From: Mycobacteriales bacterium
Lineage (GTDB): Bacteria; Actinomycetota; Actinomycetes; JAFAQI01
Direction of reading: 5' to 3'
Assembly (NCBI GenBank): GCA_035550055.1
Contig: DASZRO010000018.1
Location: 94,743-158,742 of the forward strand
Length of the DNA: 64,000 bases
This document shows, one piece after another, positions 27,084 to 35,315 of the stretch. The notes beneath the pieces are model-generated. The model did not search any database. It had not been told where the DNA came from and saw nothing but the letters and a program-made list of their open reading frames with translations. Positions within the stretch are counted from its first letter, which is position 1. Each line of letters opens with the position of its first letter. A program made the position numbers and the translations under genes.

Positions 27084-28436
27084 CTAGCGGACCGCCAGCG
27101 TCCAGGCGAAGCTGTCGTGCCATGGCACGAACCCGTAGTACGGGCTTCCCGCCGGCAGCTGCAACCCGGACACGACCTTCGCCGCAGTCTGCAGACCAGG
27201 GCCGAGCAACCAGAGGGCACCTCGGCGTACGACGAGCATCGAGCCATCCGTCCCCCAGGTCGGCGCACTCGCCGCCTTGCCGGCCGACACCGCCGCGACC
27301 TGACCGCCCGACGACGCCGTCAGGATCCCGCCGCTGGCCTGCACCTGGTCGACGTAACTGATCCCGAAGCCGTGTTTCGGCGCGACGGCGCGATCCCGCA
27401 CGAACGCCAGCCGTCCGGAGGCGCCGAACGCCGGGTCGAAGCTGACCTGCTTCGCACCCTGCGCGATAGCGCGGCAGGCCGCGACGCTGCACACGACGAC
27501 GTGCTTGTGCTGCATGCTGATCTCGCGGTCGCCGCCGGCGATGAAGGCGACCTGGTTCGTCGCTGCCGATGTGGCGAGCCACTGGGAGTAGTCCAGCGCG
27601 ATCCGGCCGAGCTGGCGCTGCTTGCCGTCAGCCACCGAGACGTCGACCAGTGGCAGGCCGTCCGCCGCCAGCGACGCGGAGCCTTGCGGGTCCAACCGCG
27701 CAAGAATGCCCGATCCGTCGGGCCACCAGCCGGCAACGTCGATGACCTTCTCCGTCGCGGCGGTGACGAGGCGCTTGTGGTCGGTCGCGGCGTCGATCGT
27801 GACCAGGCGGCTGTTGAAGTTGCCCGGCGAGCGGACCAGCCGGTCGCTGGCGAAGGCAAGCTGCGAACCGTCCGGCGACCAGGCGAACCCGGAGATGTCC
27901 GGTGCGGCCAGCAACCCGTCCGCCACCCCGTCCGCCGGGTCGTAGAAGCTCAGCACGTCCCGGTCGTTGCTCGGGTTCTTGGCCTGCAACGTGTACGAGA
28001 CCGCGAGCCGGTCGGCGCCCGGCGACCACGCGGTCGTGACGTCGTACGCCTTCGTTCCGCGCGGGAACTCGCGGAGGACCTTCCCGCGCTGGCCGACGAC
28101 GGCCACGAAGCTCGGCTCCTGCTTGTAAGGGTTGTGCTTCGGTGGCGGCGGGGTCACCACCACCGAGAGCAGCTTGCCGTCGGCCGACCACTGCGGGTCG
28201 CTTGGCTGGTTTCCGAAGCCGACGTAGTGAACCCCACTCACCGGCCCACCGATCAGGAACAGCTCATGCGCATGGATCACCGCGAGCTCCCCGTGCCCGC
28301 TCATCGCTGAGGCACTCGCGGCGGGAGGATCGGGAGCATCCCGCTGTGGCGCCGCCGAAGCGCTCAACGGCGCGATCAGACCGGCGAACGAAAGGACGAC
28401 GGCGGAACCAACCAGCACACGCTTCACAACTCTCAC
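27084..28436 (-). CDS. secreted beta-propeller (TolB/WD40-like) protein
   Basis: Repeated xSPDGxxLAF blades and a signal peptide (VLVGSAVVLSFAGLIAPLSASA). Start is ambiguous among several GTGs (28427-28436); the track ORF extends to 28676. Confidence 0.6.
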   Translation of the reverse strand: MRVVKRVLVGSAVVLSFAGLIAPLSASAAPQRDAPDPPAASASAMSGHGELAVIHAHELFLIGGPVSGVHYVGFGNQPSDPQWSADGKLLSVVVTPPPPKHNPYKQEPSFVAVVGQRGKVLREFPRGTKAYDVTTAWSPGADRLAVSYTLQAKNPSNDRDVLSFYDPADGVADGLLAAPDISGFAWSPDGSQLAFASDRLVRSPGNFNSRLVTIDAATDHKRLVTAATEKVIDVAGWWPDGSGILARLDPQGSASLAADGLPLVDVSVADGKQRQLGRIALDYSQWLATSAATNQVAFIAGGDREISMQHKHVVVCSVAACRAIAQGAKQVSFDPAFGASGRLAFVRDRAVAPKHGFGISYVDQVQASGGILTASSGGQVAAVSAGKAASAPTWGTDGSMLVVRRGALWLLGPGLQTAAKVVSGLQLPAGSPYYGFVPWHDSFAWTLAVR

Positions 28437-28496
28437 GACGCCCGACGCTACGCCGCGGTTGTCGCAGCGCCACGTCGGGCCGGATACCGTCTCCCG

Positions 28497-29276
28497 GTGC
28501 TCATCCTGCTGCCGCCGAGCGAAGGCAAGGCGGCCGGTGGGTCCGAGCCGCCGGTCGATCTCGCCGGGATGTCGTGGCCCGAGCTCGCACCACATCGGCA
28601 ACGCGTGCTGAGCGCCCTCGTCGCGCTCTGCAAGACCAGCCCCGCGAAGGCCCGCGCGGTGCTGGGGCTGTCGCAAGCCCTCGACGCCGACCGCGCCGCG
28701 AACGCGATCGCGGACACCTCACCCACCATGCCCGCCGGCGCGCGGTACTCCGGGGTGTTGCACGACGCGCTCGGCTACCCGACGTTGAAGATCGCGGCGC
28801 GTCGGCGAGCCGACGCCTCGCTCGTGGTCTTCTCCGGCCTGTGGGGCGCGACCCGGCCGACCGATCTGCTGCCGGCGTACCGGATCGGCATCGCCACCAA
28901 GCTGCCGAAGATCGCAGCGCTGCCGGCGTACTGGCGCACCCCGCTGCTCGACGCGCTGGATGCGGACGTCGGTGAGCAGGGTGCGCTCGACCTTCGCTCG
29001 TCCGGCTACTCGCTCATGTATCGCCCGTCGAAGGCTGCGGCCGACCGGCTCGTGACGGTCAACGTCACCGGGGCCGACGGGAAACGCGCCGCGCCGAGCT
29101 ACCAGAGCAAGGTGGCCAAGGGGCGTCTCGTCCGCGCACTGCTCGAACAAGGCGAGCCGACCGCAGCGGCAGTCCCGGCGGCCGCCGAGGCGACCGGCCT
29201 CGAGCCGATCGAGACCGCGAACGGCTTCATCCTGAAGGCCCCGACCGGCTGGGGTCTGGTTGCCACGCGTCGCTAA
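28497..29276 (+). CDS. yaaA: peroxide stress protein YaaA (UPF0246/DUF328)
   Basis: N-terminus MLILLPPSEGK and conserved YaaA blocks. Confidence 0.8.
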   Translation: MLILLPPSEGKAAGGSEPPVDLAGMSWPELAPHRQRVLSALVALCKTSPAKARAVLGLSQALDADRAANAIADTSPTMPAGARYSGVLHDALGYPTLKIAARRRADASLVVFSGLWGATRPTDLLPAYRIGIATKLPKIAALPAYWRTPLLDALDADVGEQGALDLRSSGYSLMYRPSKAAADRLVTVNVTGADGKRAAPSYQSKVAKGRLVRALLEQGEPTAAAVPAAAEATGLEPIETANGFILKAPTGWGLVATRR

Positions 29277-29499
29277 CGTTGTCGCCGTGGAGGTGGACCC
29301 GCCCAACTCCCGCGAGGTCGAGGTGACCGTCGCGGGCATCGTGGCGTGGGTGCTCGCCTTCGTGCTGCTCGCCACCGTGTTCCACCACGACCTGCAGCGC
29401 CATCACGCCACGTGGTGGCTGTGGTCGTGCCCGTGCGGCGTCGTCCTCGGCTTGTACGGGCTGCGCACCGCGCTGCGCCGACGCAACCGCGCCAGCTAA
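29260..29499 (+). CDS. small 2-TM membrane protein (DUF2530-like)
   Basis: 79 aa with two hydrophobic helices. Start uncertain because it overlaps the yaaA end. Confidence 0.4.
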   Translation: MPRVANVVAVEVDPPNSREVEVTVAGIVAWVLAFVLLATVFHHDLQRHHATWWLWSCPCGVVLGLYGLRTALRRRNRAS

Positions 29500-30506
29500 G
29501 AGCGCTCTACCTCGGCGTCGACGTCGAGCTCGATCTCGGCTGCGGTGATGGCGTCGTCGGCGGGTACCGGCTCGTCCGCGGCGTCATCGGCCGCGTCGTC
29601 GGCGGCGTCATCAGCGACCGCGTCGTCGACAACCTCGGCGACCGCGTCGTCGACAACCTCGGCGACCGCTTCGATCACCTCACCGGGCTCGGCCGGCTCG
29701 ACGACGTCGTAGACCGCGTCATCGATCAGCGGCGGCGGCAGCGGCGCAGGCTCGGGCGCCACGATCGCCTCGGAGTGAGCGCCACAACCGTGGTCGACGG
29801 CGACGACCTTGCCGTCATCCGGAGCGAACGCGTTCGCGCAGGCCCCGAAGGCCGAGCGCAGTGCGCCCGACAGCGGCAGGAAGAACCCGCACGTGGCACA
29901 TGCGGCCGGAGCCGAGCGCGCCACCTCCGACCGTGGGCCGGGCGCGCCGGCGTACCACCGGTCCACCGTTTCGAGCCGTCCTTCGTAGGACAGGAGCCGC
30001 TCGCGTCCCAGGCCGATCTCGAAGGCGACCATGGCCGCCTCCTCGTCCTCGGTCGAGAAGTACGCCGGCGTCAGCCGCGGGTCGTCCGGCGCCGTGGGAA
30101 GCAGGTCACCGGCCCCCATGTCGCCGGGGCGCAGCCGCTCGCTCCACGGCAGCCACGCCGGAGCCAGCACCGCTTCCGCCCCCGGAAGCAGCACCACGTC
30201 GTCGACCGTCGCCACCTTGGACCGCGACGCGCGGGCAACGGTAACCGCCCAGCGCCACCCGACGTACGCCGGATCGAGGGTCGCGAAGTAGTGGACGACG
30301 ACTCGCTGCTCGTCGGGCTCGACCCCGAGATGCTCGCCGACCAGACCGGGGGCGTCCGCCTCAGCCGCCGCGCGAGCGAGGTCGACGGCTGCGGCCGCAA
30401 CCTCGTCGAGCACGAGCTCGACGGCAGGAGAGGCGTCCGGCGAGTCCACAGTCTGGACGTCGTCAGGCGCCACGTCGGTTTCGGTCACGTGTTTAGTCTC
30501 GCTCAT
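29496..30506 (-). CDS. DUF3027 domain protein with acidic repeat C-terminal tail
   Basis: Cys cluster CATCGFF...HGCGAH and the conserved DUF3027 core. ATG at 30506 (MSETKHV...). Tail DDAVAEVVDDAVADDAADDAADDAAD is encoded by 24 bp tandem repeats. Confidence 0.7.
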   Translation of the reverse strand: MSETKHVTETDVAPDDVQTVDSPDASPAVELVLDEVAAAAVDLARAAAEADAPGLVGEHLGVEPDEQRVVVHYFATLDPAYVGWRWAVTVARASRSKVATVDDVVLLPGAEAVLAPAWLPWSERLRPGDMGAGDLLPTAPDDPRLTPAYFSTEDEEAAMVAFEIGLGRERLLSYEGRLETVDRWYAGAPGPRSEVARSAPAACATCGFFLPLSGALRSAFGACANAFAPDDGKVVAVDHGCGAHSEAIVAPEPAPLPPPLIDDAVYDVVEPAEPGEVIEAVAEVVDDAVAEVVDDAVADDAADDAADDAADEPVPADDAITAAEIELDVDAEVERS

Positions 30507-31863
30507 GACCACCGACGCGGGCGAATCGCAGCGTCCCGATCCGGGCCGCTTCGCCGAGCAGGATGACCGCGTCGGTCCAGCGCTCGGCCACCTGGCGCGC
30601 GCGACCGCGGCGGCGACCGGGCGCGGCGCGCGGCGGCTGCGCGAGTGGAACCGCCGCGGCGGCGCCGGCGCCTCCGGTCTTGCCGGCCTGGTCGAGACGC
30701 ACGCGCTGCAGGCCGCGGGAGATGCCACCATCACGGTCGCTCTCGCCGGCTCGCTGTTCTTCTCCGTACCGACACACGAGGCCCGCAGCCGGGTCGCGCT
30801 CTACCTGCTCGTCACGATGGCACCGTTCGCCGTCGTCGCACCCGTCCTGGGACCGCTGCTCGACCGGTTGCGTCACGGCCGCCGGATCGCGCTCGCGGCA
30901 ACGATGATCGCCCGCGCGATCCTGGCGATCACCATCGCTCACAGCCTCGGCTCGCACGGCCACACCTCCGTGACGCAGGCGTTGACGCTCTACCCCGCGG
31001 CGCTCGGAGTCCTCGTCGCCAGCAAGGCGTACGGCGTGACGCGCAGCGCCGCGGTCCCCCGACTGCTGCCGCCCGACATGACGCTGGTCCAGGCGAACTC
31101 GCGACTGACCCTCGCCGGGGTGGTGGCACCGAGCGTCGCGGGCTCGCTGGCTGCCGCCGTGATCAAGGTGCTCGGCCACCACGTCGAGCTCGAGCTCGGC
31201 GCGGTGATCTACGTCGTCGCGGCGGTGACCGCCTTCCGGTTGCCCCGCCGCGCCGACGGCGGCGGCAAGGCGCGTCCGGCCGGCGCCCGGCGGACGGGAA
31301 TCCGGATGAACCGCGAGATCCTCGCGGCGCTGCGCACCGCTGCGGCGCTGCGCTGGCTTTCCGGGCTGCTGTTGCTGTTCGGCGCCTTCGTCGTACGCGT
31401 CCACCCGATCGGCGGGCTGTCGGCCAACATCTGTCTCGGCGAGCTCGCTCTCGGCATCGCCGCGGGTAACGTCGTCGGCACGCTCGTCGGTGCGCGCACC
31501 GCTTCCGCGGCCGGGGCCCGGCTGTCCGTCGTGCTGCTTGCGGCGACGATCGCGGTGTGCGCGTACGCCGCGCTCGCCTTCGGGGTGGTGTCGGTGTTCG
31601 CCGTCGCCTCCGTCGCGTCCGCGACCGCCGCGGTGTCGAAGCTCGCGCTCGATGCGACGATCCAGCGGCGCGTGGACGAGAACGTGCGGACGTCGACCTT
31701 CGCGCGATCCGAGACGGTGCTTCAGCTGTCCTGGGTGGTCGGCGGTGCGCTTGGCATCGTCATCCCGACCAAACCGATCGCCGGCTTCGGCCTCGCCGCC
31801 GTCGTACTCGCGGTGGCGCTGATCGCGGCGATCACCCGTCGCGGCAAGCCTGACGGCGCCTGA
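30505..31863 (+). CDS. MFS transporter
   Basis: About 12 TM segments. Its ATG shares the palindrome TCATGA with the divergent DUF3027 start, so the start is uncertain. Confidence 0.65.
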   Translation: MTTDAGESQRPDPGRFAEQDDRVGPALGHLARATAAATGRGARRLREWNRRGGAGASGLAGLVETHALQAAGDATITVALAGSLFFSVPTHEARSRVALYLLVTMAPFAVVAPVLGPLLDRLRHGRRIALAATMIARAILAITIAHSLGSHGHTSVTQALTLYPAALGVLVASKAYGVTRSAAVPRLLPPDMTLVQANSRLTLAGVVAPSVAGSLAAAVIKVLGHHVELELGAVIYVVAAVTAFRLPRRADGGGKARPAGARRTGIRMNREILAALRTAAALRWLSGLLLLFGAFVVRVHPIGGLSANICLGELALGIAAGNVVGTLVGARTASAAGARLSVVLLAATIAVCAYAALAFGVVSVFAVASVASATAAVSKLALDATIQRRVDENVRTSTFARSETVLQLSWVVGGALGIVIPTKPIAGFGLAAVVLAVALIAAITRRGKPDGA

Positions 31864-31867
31864 CCGG

Positions 31868-32254
31868 TCAGCCTTCGAGCTCGGCCGCGATCGCCCGCAT
31901 CATCTGCGCCAGGCGCGGCCCGGTTGTCTTGTCCGGGTAGCGGCCGCGACGCAGATCGGGCTGGACCTTCGCCTCGAAGAGCTTGATGAGGTCGTCGATC
32001 AGCCCGTGCAGCTCCTCGGCAGGCCGGCGCGTCGCGGCGGCAACCGACGGCAACGGGTCGAGCACCCGCACCGACAGCGCCTGCTCGCCGCGGCGACCTT
32101 CGGCGACCCCGAACTCCACCCGCGCGCCCGGCTTGAGCGTGGTCGCGTCGGGCAGCGACGAAGCGTGGACGTATACGTCGCTACCGCCGTCGTCACGGGA
32201 CAGGAAGCCGAAGCCCTTGTCCGTGTCGAACCACTTCACCTTGCCCGTGGGCAC
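31868..32254 (-). CDS. cold-shock protein with C-terminal extension (CspB-like)
   Basis: CSD motifs [15 protein letters not shown] and VYVHAS. 128 aa. Confidence 0.85.
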   Translation of the reverse strand: MPTGKVKWFDTDKGFGFLSRDDGGSDVYVHASSLPDATTLKPGARVEFGVAEGRRGEQALSVRVLDPLPSVAAATRRPAEELHGLIDDLIKLFEAKVQPDLRRGRYPDKTTGPRLAQMMRAIAAELEG

Positions 32255-32329
32255 CGCTGACCTCTTCGCTCGCTGTTGGCATACCCCGACCGGTACGCCC
32301 GAACAAGGCTACTTGGAATATCGAAACGG

Positions 32330-33157
32330 TTATTCGCCGAGCGCTTCGTTCATCGAACCGGACCGAAACCCCCTCGGGTCCACCTCCACCGACGCGAATC
32401 CGGAGACCGCCGCGAGCAGGTCGCCCCGCCGCGCGAGTGAGGCCACCATGTCGGCATCCACCTCGACGCGGGCGACGTCGCCGAGATCACGAACTCGCAG
32501 GTCCCGTACATCGAGGCCGGCCTCGCGCAGGGCGGAGCGCAGGCCGGCCTCGGCCCGCTCGACGCGGGCCAGCCGGTACGGCGAGACCTCGATCCCATAG
32601 GCGATCCGGCTCGACAGGCAGGCCGCCGCCGGCTTGTCCCAGGTCGGCAGGTCCCACGCCCGGCTGAGCTCGCGGACCTGCGGCTTGGTGAGCCCCGCGT
32701 CCAGTAGCGGGGTGACTGCGCCGCGTTCGGCCGCGGCCCGGATCCCAGGACGGAACCCGGCGACGGCGTCGTCGGCGTTGGTGCCGGTCGCGACGTACGC
32801 CAGGCCGAGGTCATCCGCCAGCGGCGTGAGCACGTCGAGCAGCTCCGCCTTGCAGAAGAAGCAACGGTCGGCGCCGTTGGCCCGGTACCCCTCGCGCGAC
32901 ATCTCGTCGGTGCGCGGCGTCAGGTGACGTACGCCGAGGCCGGCCGCGAAGTCCCTGGCCTGGTCGAGCTCGCTGGCCGGCAGGCTCGCCGACACCGCGG
33001 TCGCCGCCGCGACCCGGTCGGCCCCGAGCGCGCGCGCCGCGGCGGCCACCAGGAACGCGGAGTCGGCGCCCCCGCTGAAGGCGACCAGCACGCTGCCGAG
33101 CTCGGCAAGCCGCGCCTGCAGGACCTCGAGCCTCTCGCGCGATCCGGCCGAACCCAC
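32330..33157 (-). CDS. larE: PP-loop ATP pyrophosphatase, LarE-type sacrificial sulfur transferase family
   Basis: SGGADS PP-loop plus CFFCK and the conserved LarE/TIGR00268 core. Confidence 0.75.
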   Translation of the reverse strand: MGSAGSRERLEVLQARLAELGSVLVAFSGGADSAFLVAAAARALGADRVAAATAVSASLPASELDQARDFAAGLGVRHLTPRTDEMSREGYRANGADRCFFCKAELLDVLTPLADDLGLAYVATGTNADDAVAGFRPGIRAAAERGAVTPLLDAGLTKPQVRELSRAWDLPTWDKPAAACLSSRIAYGIEVSPYRLARVERAEAGLRSALREAGLDVRDLRVRDLGDVARVEVDADMVASLARRGDLLAAVSGFASVEVDPRGFRSGSMNEALGE

Positions 33158-33215
33158 CCCGCGAGGCTATCCACCCCGCGCGGCTATCCACCCCGCGCGG
33201 CTATCCACCCCGCCG
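33153..33215. repeat. 17 bp tandem repeat GCTATCCACCCCGCGCG, 3-4 copies, first copy overlapping the larE start
   Basis: Direct reading of ccaccccgcg recurring with a 17 bp period. Confidence 0.7.
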
Positions 33216-33270
33216 AGCCCAACGTTGTTGGTCTCTCAGGGCCGTCGAAAGACCAACAACGTTGGGCTCG
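33211..33270. repeat. long perfect hairpin repeat (22 bp stem) CCGAGCCCAACGTTGTTGGTCT-15nt-AGACCAACAACGTTGGGCTCGG
   Basis: Perfect inverted repeat read in the sequence, followed by a G-rich tract. A second copy lies at about 53057-53115. Confidence 0.8.
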
Positions 33271-33302
33271 GCGTTGGGGGGCGGCGTTGGGAGGGCGGGG
33301 GG

Positions 33303-35315
33303 TCAGGCCAGGGCGGCGACGAGGGCCGGGGCGTTCGGCGTACCGAGGCCGGTCGAGTCGTCGTAGCCGGGCAACGCCTGCAAGGTTCCGAGTACGCCGA
33401 TCGTTCGCAGCGTGTAGATGACCGCGGACTTCGGGTTGTCCCCGGTCGTGTAGTCCGGCCGGACGTCGGCCAGGCGGGTCAGCGCACCGCGCTTGGCCAC
33501 CGGCACCGGGTCGTAGAACAGCCGCTGCCGCTGCGCCGCGGTGCGCGAGTCGGCGTACATCGTCGGTGTCACCAGCCCGAGCCGGTGATGCGCCTCGGCG
33601 TCCGCGAGCGCCAGCAAGCCGGTGAACAGCGGCGAGGCCAGACTGGTCCCGCCGATCCGGTACTCGCCATAGCGGGTCGCGCCATCGGCGAAGCTCTGCG
33701 TCAGCCCGAGCGCGATCCCGGTGGTCGGGTCGGCGACCATCGACACGTCCGGCTCGACGCGGCCCGGCTGCATCAACCCGCCGTACGTCGCCTCGTCAGC
33801 CGGCACGATCCCGTACTGCCAGGCCGGCTCGCGGAAGATCGTGCTGTCGCCGCCGCCCCCGCCGTACATGTAGACCTTGTGCTGGTAGTCCCACTTCCCC
33901 TTGGTGAACGGGATCTTCTGCGTCCCCCAGTACGACTCGGAGACGCGCGCTCCGGTTCGCCCGATCTGCAGCGTCGTGCCGCCGACCGTGACGACCCCGG
34001 GGCTGGTGGTCGGGAAGTCCGCGACCCGATGCCCGGTGAGGGCGAGCTCGTCGCCGTCGTCACCGGAGGAGAAGGCGATCGTGACACCTTCGGCGGCGGC
34101 CTCGTTCGTGATCGCGTTGAGCACCTGTACGTCGCCGAGCACGGTGTCTTCGCTGTCATCCCCCCACGAGTTGCTCACCAGGTCGACCTTGCCGCTCTCG
34201 ACGGCTTGCGCCAGCGCGAGCAGGAGGTTGTCGACGCCGACCCCGATGCCTGCGACCTCTTCGTACGGGAGGTTGGCGACGGCCGAGTAGTAGGCGATGC
34301 TCGCGTCGGGCGCCATCCCGTGAACCGCTTCGATGTCGAGGGTCTCCTCACCGGCCCAACCCTGTCCGTCGAGGATCGGTACGCCGAGCAACGACAGCTC
34401 CGGCAGGCTCGACTCACCGGGGAAGGTGTGCTGCGTGAGCTGGCCGGGCCGCAACCGCGGCAGCCCCATCCGCTGCGACCACGTGTCGACGTCGGACTCG
34501 ACGGTCGGCGAGGCGTAGGCGTCGACGATCCCGACGGTGACGCCGCGGCCGGTCGAGTGCACCTGGTTCACGCCGTACGCCGAACGGATCTGGCCCATCG
34601 TGTAGCCGCAGACCGCGTACGGCGCGTGCCGGCCCTGGTAGGAGGGCAGCGTCGAGGCGACCTTCTGCCCGTAGTAGCGCGAGCACGGATGCGCGTTGAT
34701 GTACCCCGTCGGTGGTGACGCGTCCGACACCGCCGGGGTCTGCGCGAGCCCGACCACTGTCGCCGCGAGCGGCCGCAGCGCAGTGGGCATCGTCGGCTGC
34801 GACAGCGGCGCGCGCAGCAGGCGGCCGGCGACGTCGAACAGGCCGAAGGTCGTGGCGAACACCTTCCCGACCAGCGCGGACGTGGCGTGTGCCGTGATCA
34901 GCGTGCCGCCGGGCGTCGTGTTGTCGATCGTGAACCCCGCGTGCCGCAGCCAGGTCCGCGCCGCGGCCGTCTCGGCCGGCGCCGGTCCGAACCGGCGGGC
35001 GAACTCGGCGCGGGTCAGGAAGTGCCGGTACGACGCCGACGTCGGGTCGCTGACCGCCGCGTCGAAGCGCCGCAACGCGGCCGGATGACGACCCTTCAGC
35101 AGCACCGAGAACTGCACCAGCGCGTCCGGCGACTCGAGCTTCGCCGGCAGGACGTCTCGCGCCCACGCCGGGATCGCCTCGATCACCGACGCGAGGCTCC
35201 GCACCGGTTGCGCGGTCGGGCCAGCGGCGAGCGCCGGCGCTTCCAGGGCGGTGACCGCGAGTACTGCGGCGGCCGCGGCGAGGCGCAGGGTCGACCCGGT
35301 CTTCACCCCGCTCAT
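33303..35315 (-). CDS. secreted S53 family peptidase (sedolisin) with pro-kumamolisin activation domain
   Basis: Signal peptide, N-terminal pro-kumamolisin activation domain, and a catalytic Ser in GGTSLASPLFTG. Confidence 0.85.
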   Translation of the reverse strand: MSGVKTGSTLRLAAAAAVLAVTALEAPALAAGPTAQPVRSLASVIEAIPAWARDVLPAKLESPDALVQFSVLLKGRHPAALRRFDAAVSDPTSASYRHFLTRAEFARRFGPAPAETAAARTWLRHAGFTIDNTTPGGTLITAHATSALVGKVFATTFGLFDVAGRLLRAPLSQPTMPTALRPLAATVVGLAQTPAVSDASPPTGYINAHPCSRYYGQKVASTLPSYQGRHAPYAVCGYTMGQIRSAYGVNQVHSTGRGVTVGIVDAYASPTVESDVDTWSQRMGLPRLRPGQLTQHTFPGESSLPELSLLGVPILDGQGWAGEETLDIEAVHGMAPDASIAYYSAVANLPYEEVAGIGVGVDNLLLALAQAVESGKVDLVSNSWGDDSEDTVLGDVQVLNAITNEAAAEGVTIAFSSGDDGDELALTGHRVADFPTTSPGVVTVGGTTLQIGRTGARVSESYWGTQKIPFTKGKWDYQHKVYMYGGGGGDSTIFREPAWQYGIVPADEATYGGLMQPGRVEPDVSMVADPTTGIALGLTQSFADGATRYGEYRIGGTSLASPLFTGLLALADAEAHHRLGLVTPTMYADSRTAAQRQRLFYDPVPVAKRGALTRLADVRPDYTTGDNPKSAVIYTLRTIGVLGTLQALPGYDDSTGLGTPNAPALVAALA

